Virus record (IMG/VR): IMGVR_UViG_2767802019_000001
Span: 7,528 to 71,527 of that record
Length of the DNA stretch: 64,000 bases
DNA from: a virus
Taxonomy: Duplodnaviria; Caudoviricetes
Reading direction: 5' to 3' (one strand)
The notes under the pieces are model-generated. The model made no database searches. It saw only the letters and a program-made list of their open reading frames with translations, and was not told the DNA's origin. Below, piece by piece: positions 8,061 through 16,887 of this stretch (the first letter of the stretch is position 1; each line of letters starts with the position of its first letter). The translations under genes were made by a program, and so were the position numbers.

Positions 8061-10252
8061 GCATCCCCGACGGCGCCACGGGGACGGTCATCAACGGGAC
8101 AGAGCAGAAGGTCACGTTCAAGAAGGTCGGAGCGGACGACAAACGGGAGACGTACGCGCTCGATCCTGATGCGCCGCCGATGCCCGTCGACACCCCGCAA
8201 GTCGCAGCCGACACGGGTACGTGGGCGGAGCAGCGCCGCGCTGACCTCACGGACGCGCCCGCGGTGCTGCCGACCTGGCTGCGCAGCGTGCGCGAGTTCG
8301 CCGTCAATATGCGCTGGACGCTGGCCTACTGCGTCCACTTCGGGGCGTTCCACCTGCTGCGCCTGCCGGTCTACCTGATCCGGCTGCTGCTGTGTGCCCC
8401 GCGCGGCACCGGGCGGCTCATCGTCCGGTGGGGCAAGTGGGTCGCGGACACCGAGGCGCGGCCGGTGACGGCCAGGGCCGCGGCGACAGCCGACATCGAG
8501 GCGTGGCTGGCCCTGTCGCGGGAGCACTCGCGCAGGGTGAGGCCGCGGCGCATCGCATCCCTGGCCCTCGCGGGCGCAGTGTTGCTGATCCTGTTTGTGG
8601 CCGCGCTGGCCGTGCCGCTGTGGTGCGGGGGCGCGGTGACCGCGGCCCTGGCTCTGGCCGGTGTGCATGGCCGACGCGGGGACAAGCCGATCGTCACCCG
8701 CTACCTGTCCATCCACCTCCAGCGTCCGCTGGACTCCGAGGAGCTGGCTCAGGCGATCGAGGCGATCGGCGTCAAGGGCACGCCGCGGTTCGTCGCGCCG
8801 ATCGCGGTCGACGGCCCCGGATGGCTGGCGCAGGTGGACCTGCCCGGCGCGACGCTCGCGGAACTGCTGCTGGACAAGCGCAAGGAGCTGGCCGCCGCGA
8901 TGCGGCGCCCGTTGCAGTGCGTCTGGCCGTCGGTGGGCTCCGAGCATCCGGGGCGCGCGAACATCTGGGTCGCGAAGAAGGACCCGCGCACGATTCTGCG
9001 GCCGTGGCCGCTGCTCGCCGGGGGCGCAGCGGACATGTACGGGGAGATCCCCTTCGGCGTCACGCCCAAGGGCGACCGTGAGCCGCTCGCCGTCATCGCG
9101 ACCAACATGCTCATCGGCGGCGTCATGGGCTCCGGGAAGACGTCGGCGGTGTGCACGATCGCATGCGCCGGGGCGCTGGATCCCACCTGCGAGGAGTGGC
9201 TGTTCGAGCTGAAGGGCTCGGGTGACCTTGAGGGCCTCAGGCCCATCTGTCACCGCTACGTGCAGGGTGACGACGACGAGCACTGCGAGGCCGCGCTGGA
9301 CGGGGGCTACGCCCTGGAGAGGGAGATGAAGCGGCGCAAGAAGACCGTCGCCGGTCTCCCCGTCGCGGATGTGCCGACCGGGCGCAAGGTGACCCGCAAG
9401 CTCTCGGACAAGTACCCGCACCTGCACCTGCACCCCATCCTCGCGATCTTCGACGAGGTGCACACGCTGTTCGAGCACCCCGTGTACGGCAAGGAGGCAG
9501 AGGCGGTCTTCGCCCGGCTGATCCGCAAGGCGCGGGCGTACGGCATCATCCTGGTGCTGACCACGCAGCGGCCCGACGCGAAGTCGATCCCCAAAAAGAT
9601 CAGCGACAACGCGATCGTGCGCTTCTGCCTCGCGATCACCGGACACACCGCGAATGACCTGGTGCTGGGCACCGGCATGTACAAGCGGGGGATCCGCGCG
9701 AACATCTTCGAGCCCGCCGAAGGAGACGATCCGAAGGACTCCGGGACCGGGTGGCTCGCCCGCTCCGCGACCAACGCGAAGATCGTGCGGGCGTATTTCA
9801 TCCCGCAGGCGGACGTGCGTGATGTCGGCCGGCGCGGCCTCGCCCTGCGGACCGCAGCCGGAACGCTGTCGGGCGAGGCCGCTGGCCAGCAGATCGAGAA
9901 GCCCGACCGCACGACCATCGCCGACCACGTCCACGCCATCTGGCCGGACGGCGCTGACGCGGTGCACAGCCACCGGCTGGTCGAGTCGCTCGCGCTGTAT
10001 CTGCCGGAGCTGTACGGCTCGTGGATGGAGACAGAGAAGCCTGTCGCAGAGATGAGCCCGGACGAAGTACGCGACGTCCAGGCCGTCCGTTCCACGGCGC
10101 TGTCGGCCGCCCTCAAGGTGCACAAGATCCCGACTCGGCAGATCACCATCCGGGACTGCTGCGGGGGAGCGAAGGGCGTGCGCTACGCCGACCTCCCCGA
10201 GCCCAGGGGCGCCGACGAGGACGACGAAGACCCGGCTTCGGCAGGGGTCTGA
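8057..10252 (+). CDS. traB: TraB-like FtsK/SpoIIIE conjugal DNA translocase
   Basis: N-terminal TM segments, NMLIGGVMGSGKT Walker A, ILAIFDEVH Walker B, RKARAYGIILVLTTQRP, C-terminal putative winged helix; architecture of Streptomyces plasmid Tra proteins. Confidence 0.88.
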   Translation: MSIPDGATGTVINGTEQKVTFKKVGADDKRETYALDPDAPPMPVDTPQVAADTGTWAEQRRADLTDAPAVLPTWLRSVREFAVNMRWTLAYCVHFGAFHLLRLPVYLIRLLLCAPRGTGRLIVRWGKWVADTEARPVTARAAATADIEAWLALSREHSRRVRPRRIASLALAGAVLLILFVAALAVPLWCGGAVTAALALAGVHGRRGDKPIVTRYLSIHLQRPLDSEELAQAIEAIGVKGTPRFVAPIAVDGPGWLAQVDLPGATLAELLLDKRKELAAAMRRPLQCVWPSVGSEHPGRANIWVAKKDPRTILRPWPLLAGGAADMYGEIPFGVTPKGDREPLAVIATNMLIGGVMGSGKTSAVCTIACAGALDPTCEEWLFELKGSGDLEGLRPICHRYVQGDDDEHCEAALDGGYALEREMKRRKKTVAGLPVADVPTGRKVTRKLSDKYPHLHLHPILAIFDEVHTLFEHPVYGKEAEAVFARLIRKARAYGIILVLTTQRPDAKSIPKKISDNAIVRFCLAITGHTANDLVLGTGMYKRGIRANIFEPAEGDDPKDSGTGWLARSATNAKIVRAYFIPQADVRDVGRRGLALRTAAGTLSGEAAGQQIEKPDRTTIADHVHAIWPDGADAVHSHRLVESLALYLPELYGSWMETEKPVAEMSPDEVRDVQAVRSTALSAALKVHKIPTRQITIRDCCGGAKGVRYADLPEPRGADEDDEDPASAGV

Positions 10253-10334
10253 GGTTTCACCGCGGCCCGAAACCGGTTTCGGGCCCGATATCGACGCGAT
10301 CACTGGCGCGACCTGCGGAAGTTTCGGGTTTCGG
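10253..10334. repeat. 22-bp palindrome plus GGTTTCGG-type repeats just downstream of traB
   Basis: GGCCCGAAACCGGTTTCGGGCC at 10264-10285; further copies at 10320 and 10327. Confidence 0.7.
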
Positions 10335-10401
10335 CCCTGTGCCGCGCCACCTCATATGCCCTGCGTATCCACCGCGACGACACCCGATGAAAGGACCCCG
10401 C

Positions 10402-10752
10402 ATGACCCGCGTGTACAGCAAAAGCCAGATGGCCCGCCGCGTCTGGCTCACCGGACGCATAGCCAAGCAGGCCATGGCCGACGACGAGTACGGCACCGAG
10501 GCCGACAGTTGCGTCGACCCGAAGCTGTTGCGCGAGATCGACCGCATCGACCGCCGCGCCGAAGAAGAGGCGGGCTACCAGCAGTACGCGGCCAAGCGGC
10601 AGCTCGAAGAAGCACGCGGCGCCGCCGCGGCGGCGAAGGTCCGCCTGAACGCCGCTGCCCCAAAAGACAAGCGCCAGGCCCGCATGGCCAAGAACGACGC
10701 GGAGGCGGCGCTGAAGCGGGCGCAGCGCGCCGCCCGCAAGGCGGGGCTCTGA
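10402..10752 (+). CDS. Helical basic hypothetical protein (transfer module)
   Basis: AAAGGA RBS, Ala/Arg/Lys-rich coiled coil. Confidence 0.65.
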   Translation: MTRVYSKSQMARRVWLTGRIAKQAMADDEYGTEADSCVDPKLLREIDRIDRRAEEEAGYQQYAAKRQLEEARGAAAAAKVRLNAAAPKDKRQARMAKNDAEAALKRAQRAARKAGL

Positions 10753-10793
10753 GCGCCGACGGATTGTACCGCAAGTAGCCCTGGAGGGACGCC

Positions 10794-10907
10794 ATGAATC
10801 TGATCAACCCTGACACCGGCAGCGAAGTCGAGACCGAAGAAGACGGCGACTTCACCGTCACCTTTCCGATGAGGCTCCCCGAGCCCGCTGACGAAACCGG
10901 CGACTGA
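10794..10907 (+). CDS. Small acidic protein (37 aa)
   Basis: GGAGGG RBS, TGATG coupling to next gene. Confidence 0.5.
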   Translation: MNLINPDTGSEVETEEDGDFTVTFPMRLPEPADETGD

Positions 10908-11251
10908 TGCACCCCCCGTTGCAGCCGTGGCACCAGTGTCACGCACCCCCGCCGCAGTACCTGGGCACCGACGCGAACGGCCAGCCTGTATACGGCAGCC
11001 CCCCGGCGCACCCTGCAACGCACCCCGTTGCGCCGTTGCAGCCGATCGTTGCGCGGCCGTGGGGCGCCTACCTCGGGGGCGGCTGCCTGGCCGTGATCGC
11101 GCTCGCGATCCTCGGCACCGTTGCGGTGTTCCTGATGCTCGGCCTCGCCGCCGTTGCAGTGTGCATCGGCCTCGCCGCAGTCGCGCTGACGATCTGCGTA
11201 CTCGTGCTGCGCTCGATGTGGCGCGACTACCAACGAGAGAAGGGGCACTGA
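10907..11251 (+). CDS. Pro-rich membrane protein, SpdD-like spread protein candidate
   Basis: Pro/His-rich N-terminus then two hydrophobic helices; downstream of traB as in Streptomyces plasmids. Confidence 0.55.
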   Translation: MHPPLQPWHQCHAPPPQYLGTDANGQPVYGSPPAHPATHPVAPLQPIVARPWGAYLGGGCLAVIALAILGTVAVFLMLGLAAVAVCIGLAAVALTICVLVLRSMWRDYQREKGH

Positions 11252-11278
11252 CCCCGCCCGCACCCGCGCCCCGTTGCC
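10916..11278. repeat. Cluster 2 of SCGTTGCR 8-mers
   Basis: Copies at 10916, 11014(rev), 11025, 11033, 11046, 11118, 11151, 11271 (11046 and 11271 each deviate at one flanking base). Confidence 0.7.
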
Positions 11279-11294
11279 ACCGGCAGCGGGGCGC
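11266..11294 (+). terminator. GC-rich hairpin closing the transfer module
   Basis: GCGCCCCGTTGCC-ACC-GGCAGCGGGGCGC. Confidence 0.55.
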
Positions 11295-11314
11295 TTCGCA
11301 TTCAGGGACCCGCC

Positions 11315-11668
11315 ATGACCGTTCTCATCGTCACCACCTATCTGGCCGCCATGCTGGTCGCGGCCCGCATCCTGTACGGCCGTGCCCGGCGGCGCGGCAT
11401 CGACGGGCTCGTGGCGCAGCGCACCTCTCACGACAACGGGCCCAGGCACAAGGATCCGGTCGCCGCCTGGACGCGGCAATGCCAGGTAGACGCCGTCCTT
11501 GAGGCGGCGCTCTTCGCCTTCGTCTGGCCGCTGGCCCTGACCGGATCCGCGGTGTGGAGCTTCGTCACTGCGAGCCCGCCGCCCTCCATGTACGAGATCA
11601 GGCAGGAGAAGGCGGCCGCGCTGGCCCGCATCGCAGAGCTGGAAGAACTGCTGGAGATCAAGCCGTGA
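11315..11668 (+). CDS. Membrane protein
   Basis: Two hydrophobic segments, AGGGA RBS. Confidence 0.65.
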   Translation: MTVLIVTTYLAAMLVAARILYGRARRRGIDGLVAQRTSHDNGPRHKDPVAAWTRQCQVDAVLEAALFAFVWPLALTGSAVWSFVTASPPPSMYEIRQEKAAALARIAELEELLEIKP

Positions 11669-11877
11669 ACGACTATCCACACCGTGTCCGCCTCGTGCGC
11701 GGACACCTCACCCACCTTGCCCGCGCTTGGCGCAGCAGCTGCTCCGTCATGCAGCTCATCACCGCCTGCGGTCACACCTACGCCCTGCGCTCGATCGCCG
11801 ACATGAGCGCCGAAGGACAGCTGTGCCACGGCTGCGAGAGCGCCGTCCGGCCCGGCCCCGAAGGAGCCAACCCGTGA
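11665..11877 (+). CDS. Small Zn-ribbon hypothetical protein
   Basis: GTGA coupling; TACGH..LCHGC. Confidence 0.5.
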   Translation: MNDYPHRVRLVRGHLTHLARAWRSSCSVMQLITACGHTYALRSIADMSAEGQLCHGCESAVRPGPEGANP

Positions 11878-11986
11878 AGAGACTGATCCACACCGTGCTG
11901 CACTTCTGGATCGAATGCCCGCTGTGCAGCGAACAGGTCAGCAGCGAGGCCGACCTCAGCGGCCCACCCGACAGGGCGGTGACGTC

Positions 11987-12184
11987 ATGCCCTTCATGGC
12001 GCTGACGATCGCCGAACTGCGGCTGCGTGCGTCGCAGCTGCGCCTCAAAGCGGCAGCCCTCGACTACAAGATCCCCGGCGAGGGCGTAACCGCGCAGTCC
12101 CGCAGGTTCAGGCAGGCGGGGCGCTACGTCCAGCAGGCCGCCGACTTCGACGCGCTCGCGCAGATGGCTGAGGTGGATGAGTAG
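11987..12184 (+). CDS. Hypothetical protein
   Basis: Operon continuity, codon bias. Confidence 0.55.
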   Translation: MPFMALTIAELRLRASQLRLKAAALDYKIPGEGVTAQSRRFRQAGRYVQQAADFDALAQMAEVDE

Positions 12185-12471
12185 TGGACGACACGATGAC
12201 CTGCCCCGGCTGCCAGTCGCACAGCTCCGACATCCTCAACGACTTCACGGACGGCGTGCCGTGCCGATACTGCGGGCTCTCCGCTGCGGCGGCCTTCGAG
12301 ATCCAGGGGGTTCGCCAGTCCCGCGCCGACGACGCGCTGAAGGGACGCGTGGAAGAGCTGGTCAAGGAGGCGGACCAGTGGAGGCGGCGCGCAGAGCGGG
12401 CCGAGAACTTCGTCGTCGGTATCAGTGATGCCGTCGGCGACTTCGAGATCGGGCAACGTGGCGAAGGGTAA
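12184..12471 (+). CDS. Zn-ribbon plus coiled-coil protein
   Basis: CPGC..CRYC then heptads. Confidence 0.6.
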   Translation: MDDTMTCPGCQSHSSDILNDFTDGVPCRYCGLSAAAAFEIQGVRQSRADDALKGRVEELVKEADQWRRRAERAENFVVGISDAVGDFEIGQRGEG

Positions 12472-12648
12472 GCGCGAGACCGCCAACGAGATCAGCGGCG
12501 AGAAGGTCGCCAAGATCCGGACGGACATAGCGAGATGGTCAGCGGGCCTATGGGCGAGGGAAGTCGCGCCGGGGCCCGCTTGCGTATGCGGACTCGCCCG
12601 CGAAGGCGCACCCCAGAAGCAATGCCACCGGCACAGAGAGGAAACGGC

Positions 12649-12987
12649 ATGACGATCAACACTGACCTGCTGCTCGCGATCCGCGAGCAGATCACCAGCC
12701 ACCCCGAGGCGCACGACCAGCGGGAGTGGGGCGTACGCACCGAGTGCGGCACAACGCACTGCATCGCCGGATGGGCGGCAGTGCTCACCGGCGCCACCAT
12801 CGACTGGCGCGGCAGCGAGGGGGGCCACCGGGTGTATCTCGTCGACGACGAGGATCCCGAGGTGTACGCGGCCGGCATGCTGGGTCTCGACCACGACGAA
12901 GCCCACTCCCTCTTCTACGAGAGGGACAACGCCGCCGCCCTGCGCCGCCTCGACATCCTGATCGAGAAGGGCAAGAACGCCGCATGA
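12649..12987 (+). CDS. Hypothetical actinophage-type protein
   Basis: PEAHDQREW..CGTTHCIAGWA motif; GAGGA RBS. Confidence 0.7.
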   Translation: MTINTDLLLAIREQITSHPEAHDQREWGVRTECGTTHCIAGWAAVLTGATIDWRGSEGGHRVYLVDDEDPEVYAAGMLGLDHDEAHSLFYERDNAAALRRLDILIEKGKNAA

Positions 12988-13259
12988 GCGCCATGCCACA
13001 GCAGCGCAAGCGCAAGCGGCGCCTGCCAGTCGCCCCGCCCGAACCAGCGCGCGCCGACTGGCGCCGCGTCTACTGCCCCGGGTGCGGGGAAGTCCAGCGC
13101 AACTACGGGCCGTGGTGCGCACTGCGCGACGGCGTCGTCATCCCGCACATGCACGCGGTCGTCCCCGACACGGCGGACCGCCGCCGCTGGGCAGAGAAGA
13201 CGACAGAGGTCCGGTGCGATGGCGGGACCGTTGACCCGGTGAAGGACCGCGCCCCGTGA
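12984..13259 (+). CDS. Zn-ribbon hypothetical protein
   Basis: ATGA coupling, YCPGC. Confidence 0.55.
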   Translation: MSAMPQQRKRKRRLPVAPPEPARADWRRVYCPGCGEVQRNYGPWCALRDGVVIPHMHAVVPDTADRRRWAEKTTEVRCDGGTVDPVKDRAP

Positions 13260-13428
13260 ACGACACGTTCGAGCCCGTGACCCTGCCCCGCTACACGGCG
13301 ACGCTCAGCGTCCAGCGGGGCGATGCGGAAGGCGAAGTGATCGTGCACGGCGTCGTCACCGGCCCCGCAGCCGCAGTCGCGCAGACATTCCACGCGCTGG
13401 CCGACGCGTTCGAGGAAGAGGTGCAGCG

Positions 13429-13767
13429 GTGAGCGGCACCGAACGGCGCGAGCGGTACGAGGCGGCGGTCAAGAGCGTGCTGCCCATGACATCCGGCATG
13501 GCGTGCAGCGTCATCGCCGACGCGGTGATGGAGATTGCGGATGCTGAGCTAGCGAGCGCGAACGGGCAGATCGAGGCACGGCGCATCGAACTGCTTTGGG
13601 TGAACGAGAGGCACGCTGCCGACCGAACCGCGACCCGCGCGGCAGCACTCCGCGAAGCCGTTGCCGAGCTGAAGCGAGATGCACTCGGAGTCATCCCCCG
13701 ATTGCTTCGCATGGCCGACGAAGCACAGCACCCCACAACCCCCGACGAACAGGACCCTCATGCCTGA
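13429..13767 (+). CDS. Hypothetical helical protein
   Basis: GTGA coupling. Confidence 0.55.
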   Translation: MSGTERRERYEAAVKSVLPMTSGMACSVIADAVMEIADAELASANGQIEARRIELLWVNERHAADRTATRAAALREAVAELKRDALGVIPRLLRMADEAQHPTTPDEQDPHA

Positions 13768-14677
13768 GCACAAGCAACGCAGGCGCCGCAAGGCGCTGAT
13801 CGTCACCACTTCCGGGGCCGCCTTGATGGCGGCCCTTCTTCTTGCCCCCGGCGCGGAAGGCGCACCGTCGCCCAATGCCATGCCGAAGGGCGACCTGCCC
13901 GGGTGGCGGCAGGTGTGGGCCGAGAACTTCAACTCGGCTGTCACCACCCCGGTGAAGACCGGCTCGTTCAGCGGCTGCAACAACCACGCGGACACCCCGC
14001 GGGCGTACTGCTCGGGGCTGTCCGGCAAGTGGCGCGACACCCTGTGGGCCTACCCGTCCGGGTGGGAGGACACCGCGAAGTCCGGCGCCGACGGCAACAC
14101 GGGTGCCCCGTTCGGCGGGACGTACGAGCCGCAGAAGACCGTCTCGATCGGCAAGGGATACGACGGCACCGGCACGCTGAAGGTCTCCATGTACCGGCCG
14201 GCGAGCGGCGGCGACAACGTGGTCGGCACCGTCGTGCCGCGCCGCTGCATGGACCTGCGCGACGGAAGGTACAGCGCACGCATCAAGGTCGCCCGCGCCG
14301 ACCCCGGGTTCAAATCGGCGTGGCTCCGCTACGAGGGCAGCAGCGCAGAGCTGGACTACCCCGAGGTCGACGACTACCGGGGCACCAACGTGGCTGCGTT
14401 CAGCCACGGCAGCGGCAGCGAGTGGAACGTCCAGACCCGCGCGTACATGACCACGGCGCACACCTATACGTGGGAGCGGCGCGGCAGCACCGTCACCGTC
14501 TACCTGGACGGCAAGAAGCTGCGCACCGGCGGCACGTCGCTGACCACGTCGTCGTGGATCTGGCAGAACGAGTCGCGGATCGAACGGGACCGCAGCCGCA
14601 CCGGCGGCGGCTACGCGGCGCCCGGCGCGAAGGCGACGCTCGAAGTCAGCTGGGCTACCTGCTACGTGAGGAAGTGA
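13760..14677 (+). CDS. Secreted GH16-like glycoside hydrolase (ConA-like fold)
   Basis: Arg-rich signal peptide ending AEG/A; W.QVWAENFN, GRYSARIK, FKSAW, catalytic E-x-D-x-x-E (ELDYPE), HTYTWER..VTVYLDG. Confidence 0.75.
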   Translation: MPEHKQRRRRKALIVTTSGAALMAALLLAPGAEGAPSPNAMPKGDLPGWRQVWAENFNSAVTTPVKTGSFSGCNNHADTPRAYCSGLSGKWRDTLWAYPSGWEDTAKSGADGNTGAPFGGTYEPQKTVSIGKGYDGTGTLKVSMYRPASGGDNVVGTVVPRRCMDLRDGRYSARIKVARADPGFKSAWLRYEGSSAELDYPEVDDYRGTNVAAFSHGSGSEWNVQTRAYMTTAHTYTWERRGSTVTVYLDGKKLRTGGTSLTTSSWIWQNESRIERDRSRTGGGYAAPGAKATLEVSWATCYVRK

Positions 14678-14679
14678 CC

Positions 14680-14898
14680 ATGAGGTTCTCCATCACCGTG
14701 CGCCCCGCCATCCACGACCTGTTCAGCTGGGATTGGCAGGTGCGCCCCCTCGAAGACGGCCAGCCGTCTATTCACGGCGTCGCCTCGGACCGGGATGAAG
14801 CCAAGCGAGCCGCAGAAAAGCAGGCCGACCGCATCGTCCAGCGGGACCGGGAAGTCGAGACCTACACGTACACCGCAGGCGAGGGCGGCACCTCATGA
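14680..14898 (+). CDS. Hypothetical protein
   Basis: Operon continuity. Confidence 0.55.
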   Translation: MRFSITVRPAIHDLFSWDWQVRPLEDGQPSIHGVASDRDEAKRAAEKQADRIVQRDREVETYTYTAGEGGTS

Positions 14899-15043
14899 CC
14901 GACCGAGAGGACCGCCTCGCCCGCTATCTCGCCGCCAGGCACCGCGACCAGACCACCGGTTCACCGGCTGCCCGCATGGAGCTGGCCGCCGCGGCGCGCG
15001 AGCTGGAAGAGCACGGCGAGGACATCCCGGAGGCGATGCCGTC

Positions 15044-15358
15044 GTGACTTTCCCCGAGCACAACGCCACCGCCGACACCCGCGCCCTGGTCTTGGAGATG
15101 TTCAAGGGCAACGTGCCGTGCATCGTCTCCATGGGTGACCCGCCGTGTCACCGGACGGCTGTGTGCGTCGCCTACTTCCGGCACCTGCCCACCGGGGACT
15201 GCGACGGACAGCCGCCCGCGCCACTGTGCCCCGAGCACCGGCGGAATCTGGAACTGAGCCTGCAACCCTTCTGGCGGGCCTGGCTCAACGCTGACCCGAT
15301 CCTGTGCGACGCATGCGGCGAAGAGATCACAGTCGACCGAATCGAGGCGATCACGTGA
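15044..15358 (+). CDS. Cys-rich hypothetical protein
   Basis: GTGA coupling, multiple CxxC/H. Confidence 0.55.
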   Translation: MTFPEHNATADTRALVLEMFKGNVPCIVSMGDPPCHRTAVCVAYFRHLPTGDCDGQPPAPLCPEHRRNLELSLQPFWRAWLNADPILCDACGEEITVDRIEAIT

Positions 15359-15687
15359 CCAGTCCTTGGGCGCACGTCGATGACGTCGTTGCATGGCTGG
15401 ACGAAGCCGCAAAGGGGCAGGGCGACCAGAGCGCGCTGCGGCTGCTGAAAATCGGCGAGGAGTACGGGGAGGCGACGCAGGCGTACATCGGCGTCGTCGG
15501 CCAGAACCCGCGCAAGGGCTTCACGCACGTCCCCCAGGACGTGGCGGAAGAACTGTGCGACGTGATCCTCGCCGCGATGGTGGCGCTGCACGGCTTCACC
15601 ATCACCGACCCGCAGGACTTCTTCGAGGCGTACGTGCGCGGCCGCGCCCAGCGGCTCGCCGCACTGACGGAAAGGACGGAGTCATGA
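15355..15687 (+). CDS. MazG-like nucleotide pyrophosphohydrolase
   Basis: LKIGEEYGEATQA..VAEELCDVI EExxE..ExxD motif. Confidence 0.85.
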   Translation: MTSPWAHVDDVVAWLDEAAKGQGDQSALRLLKIGEEYGEATQAYIGVVGQNPRKGFTHVPQDVAEELCDVILAAMVALHGFTITDPQDFFEAYVRGRAQRLAALTERTES

Positions 15688-15908
15688 AGTCCCGCACCCA
15701 CGCAACGGCCTGTGACTACGGTCTGGCCGGGCCAGGCGGCCCCGCGCCCTGCATCTGCGGCGTGAGCGCCGCGCAGCTGAGCGCGGATCAGCTGATCAGG
15801 ACGGTGGCGCTGGAGGCGGCGGTCGGCCTCGACATGGAGATCTCGCCGTCCGAAGTCCTCAACATCGCCCGCCGCTTCGAGACCTACATCAGGGATGAGG
15901 CCAAATGA
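15684..15908 (+). CDS. Hypothetical protein
   Basis: ATGA coupling, GGAG RBS. Confidence 0.55.
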   Translation: MKSRTHATACDYGLAGPGGPAPCICGVSAAQLSADQLIRTVALEAAVGLDMEISPSEVLNIARRFETYIRDEAK

Positions 15909-16014
15909 CCGGAGCCTGGATCCTCACCGGATACCTGGTCCTGCTGTTCCTGGCGCTCGTCGTGAGGGACGTGCGGGCCGCCTGGAGCCGCAGGCCTTCC
16001 GGGAGGCGGGACAC

Positions 16015-16212
16015 ATGAGCAGTCCCTTCACCCGCCCGGACGCCCCCGCGCAGCCGCCTGGGGGCGCCCGCCGTTTTACGGCCGAACTCGCCACCCGATG
16101 TGCGTGCGGCAACCACATCGAGCCCGGTGACAAGGCGGGCTTGATCGATGACGAACCCGTCGCCTCGTGCGGCGACTGCTGTGACGAAGCGGAGGACAAC
16201 GACCATGCCTGA
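16015..16212 (+). CDS. Small Zn-finger protein
   Basis: RCACGNHIEPGD..SCGDCC. Confidence 0.55.
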   Translation: MSSPFTRPDAPAQPPGGARRFTAELATRCACGNHIEPGDKAGLIDDEPVASCGDCCDEAEDNDHA

Positions 16213-16402
16213 ACGCCTGGCCGACCGGACTGTGTTCGGGCCCGACTACATCCCGCGCCTGGCAGCGCTATGGGATACCGGCCACACGTGCCTGGGCTGC
16301 GGACACCACATACGCCAGGGCGAGCTGTACGGATCGATCAGCGGCTTCGCCCACTGCGGGCCCTGCTGCGACGCAGCGGAGAAGAGGGGGTACCGGTCAT
16401 GA
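16205..16402 (+). CDS. Small Zn-finger protein, paralogous pattern to previous gene
   Basis: CLGCGHHIRQGE..HCGPCC. Confidence 0.55.
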   Translation: MPERLADRTVFGPDYIPRLAALWDTGHTCLGCGHHIRQGELYGSISGFAHCGPCCDAAEKRGYRS

Positions 16403-16575
16403 GCGACCGGATCATGCCGTGCCCGGTGAAGGCGTGCGGCTACGAAGAGTGGGTCTCGCCCGACGACGAAGACGGCAGCTTCTCCGAGCTGTGGCGTCAC
16501 GTCATGCGCAGGCACCGGATCACCGGTGACGCCGGATCTGTGCTCATGGCGACGGTGGAGGTGGAGGAGCGGTGA
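16399..16575 (+). CDS. Small Zn-finger (C2H2-like) protein
   Basis: CPVKAC..WRHVMRRH. Confidence 0.5.
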   Translation: MSDRIMPCPVKACGYEEWVSPDDEDGSFSELWRHVMRRHRITGDAGSVLMATVEVEER

Positions 16576-16887
16576 TCCGACTCTTTGCGCGGCTCCTTGC
16601 CGGACCGGTGCCCGTCTGCCCGTTCTGCGGCCGCGTCCAATGCATCTGCCCGTGACCGAGTGGCTGGCTCTCGCGGCGTCGCCCGTTATCGGCGGCGCCG
16701 CCGGCTACACCGTCTCCGCGCTGCGCGCCACGGGCAGGCGCCGCGGACAGCACCGCCGCCTGTTCCAGAAGGCGCCGCGGCCCGGCCCGCACAAAGTAGT
16801 GCCGGTCAAAGATCCGAACACCGACGACGCCCCCACCGAAAAGATTCCCGTCCCCGGTGGGGGCGCCCGCATCCCCGAGGGAGAGCA

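Noticed and set aside
7961-10303. 780-aa antisense ORF over traB, and similar long shadow ORFs (e.g. 22209-23723, 44722-45720, 51697-53181, 4944-6032)
   Set aside because: Typical stop-poor antisense frames of high-GC coding DNA; no motifs or RBS, and the + strand genes are recognisable
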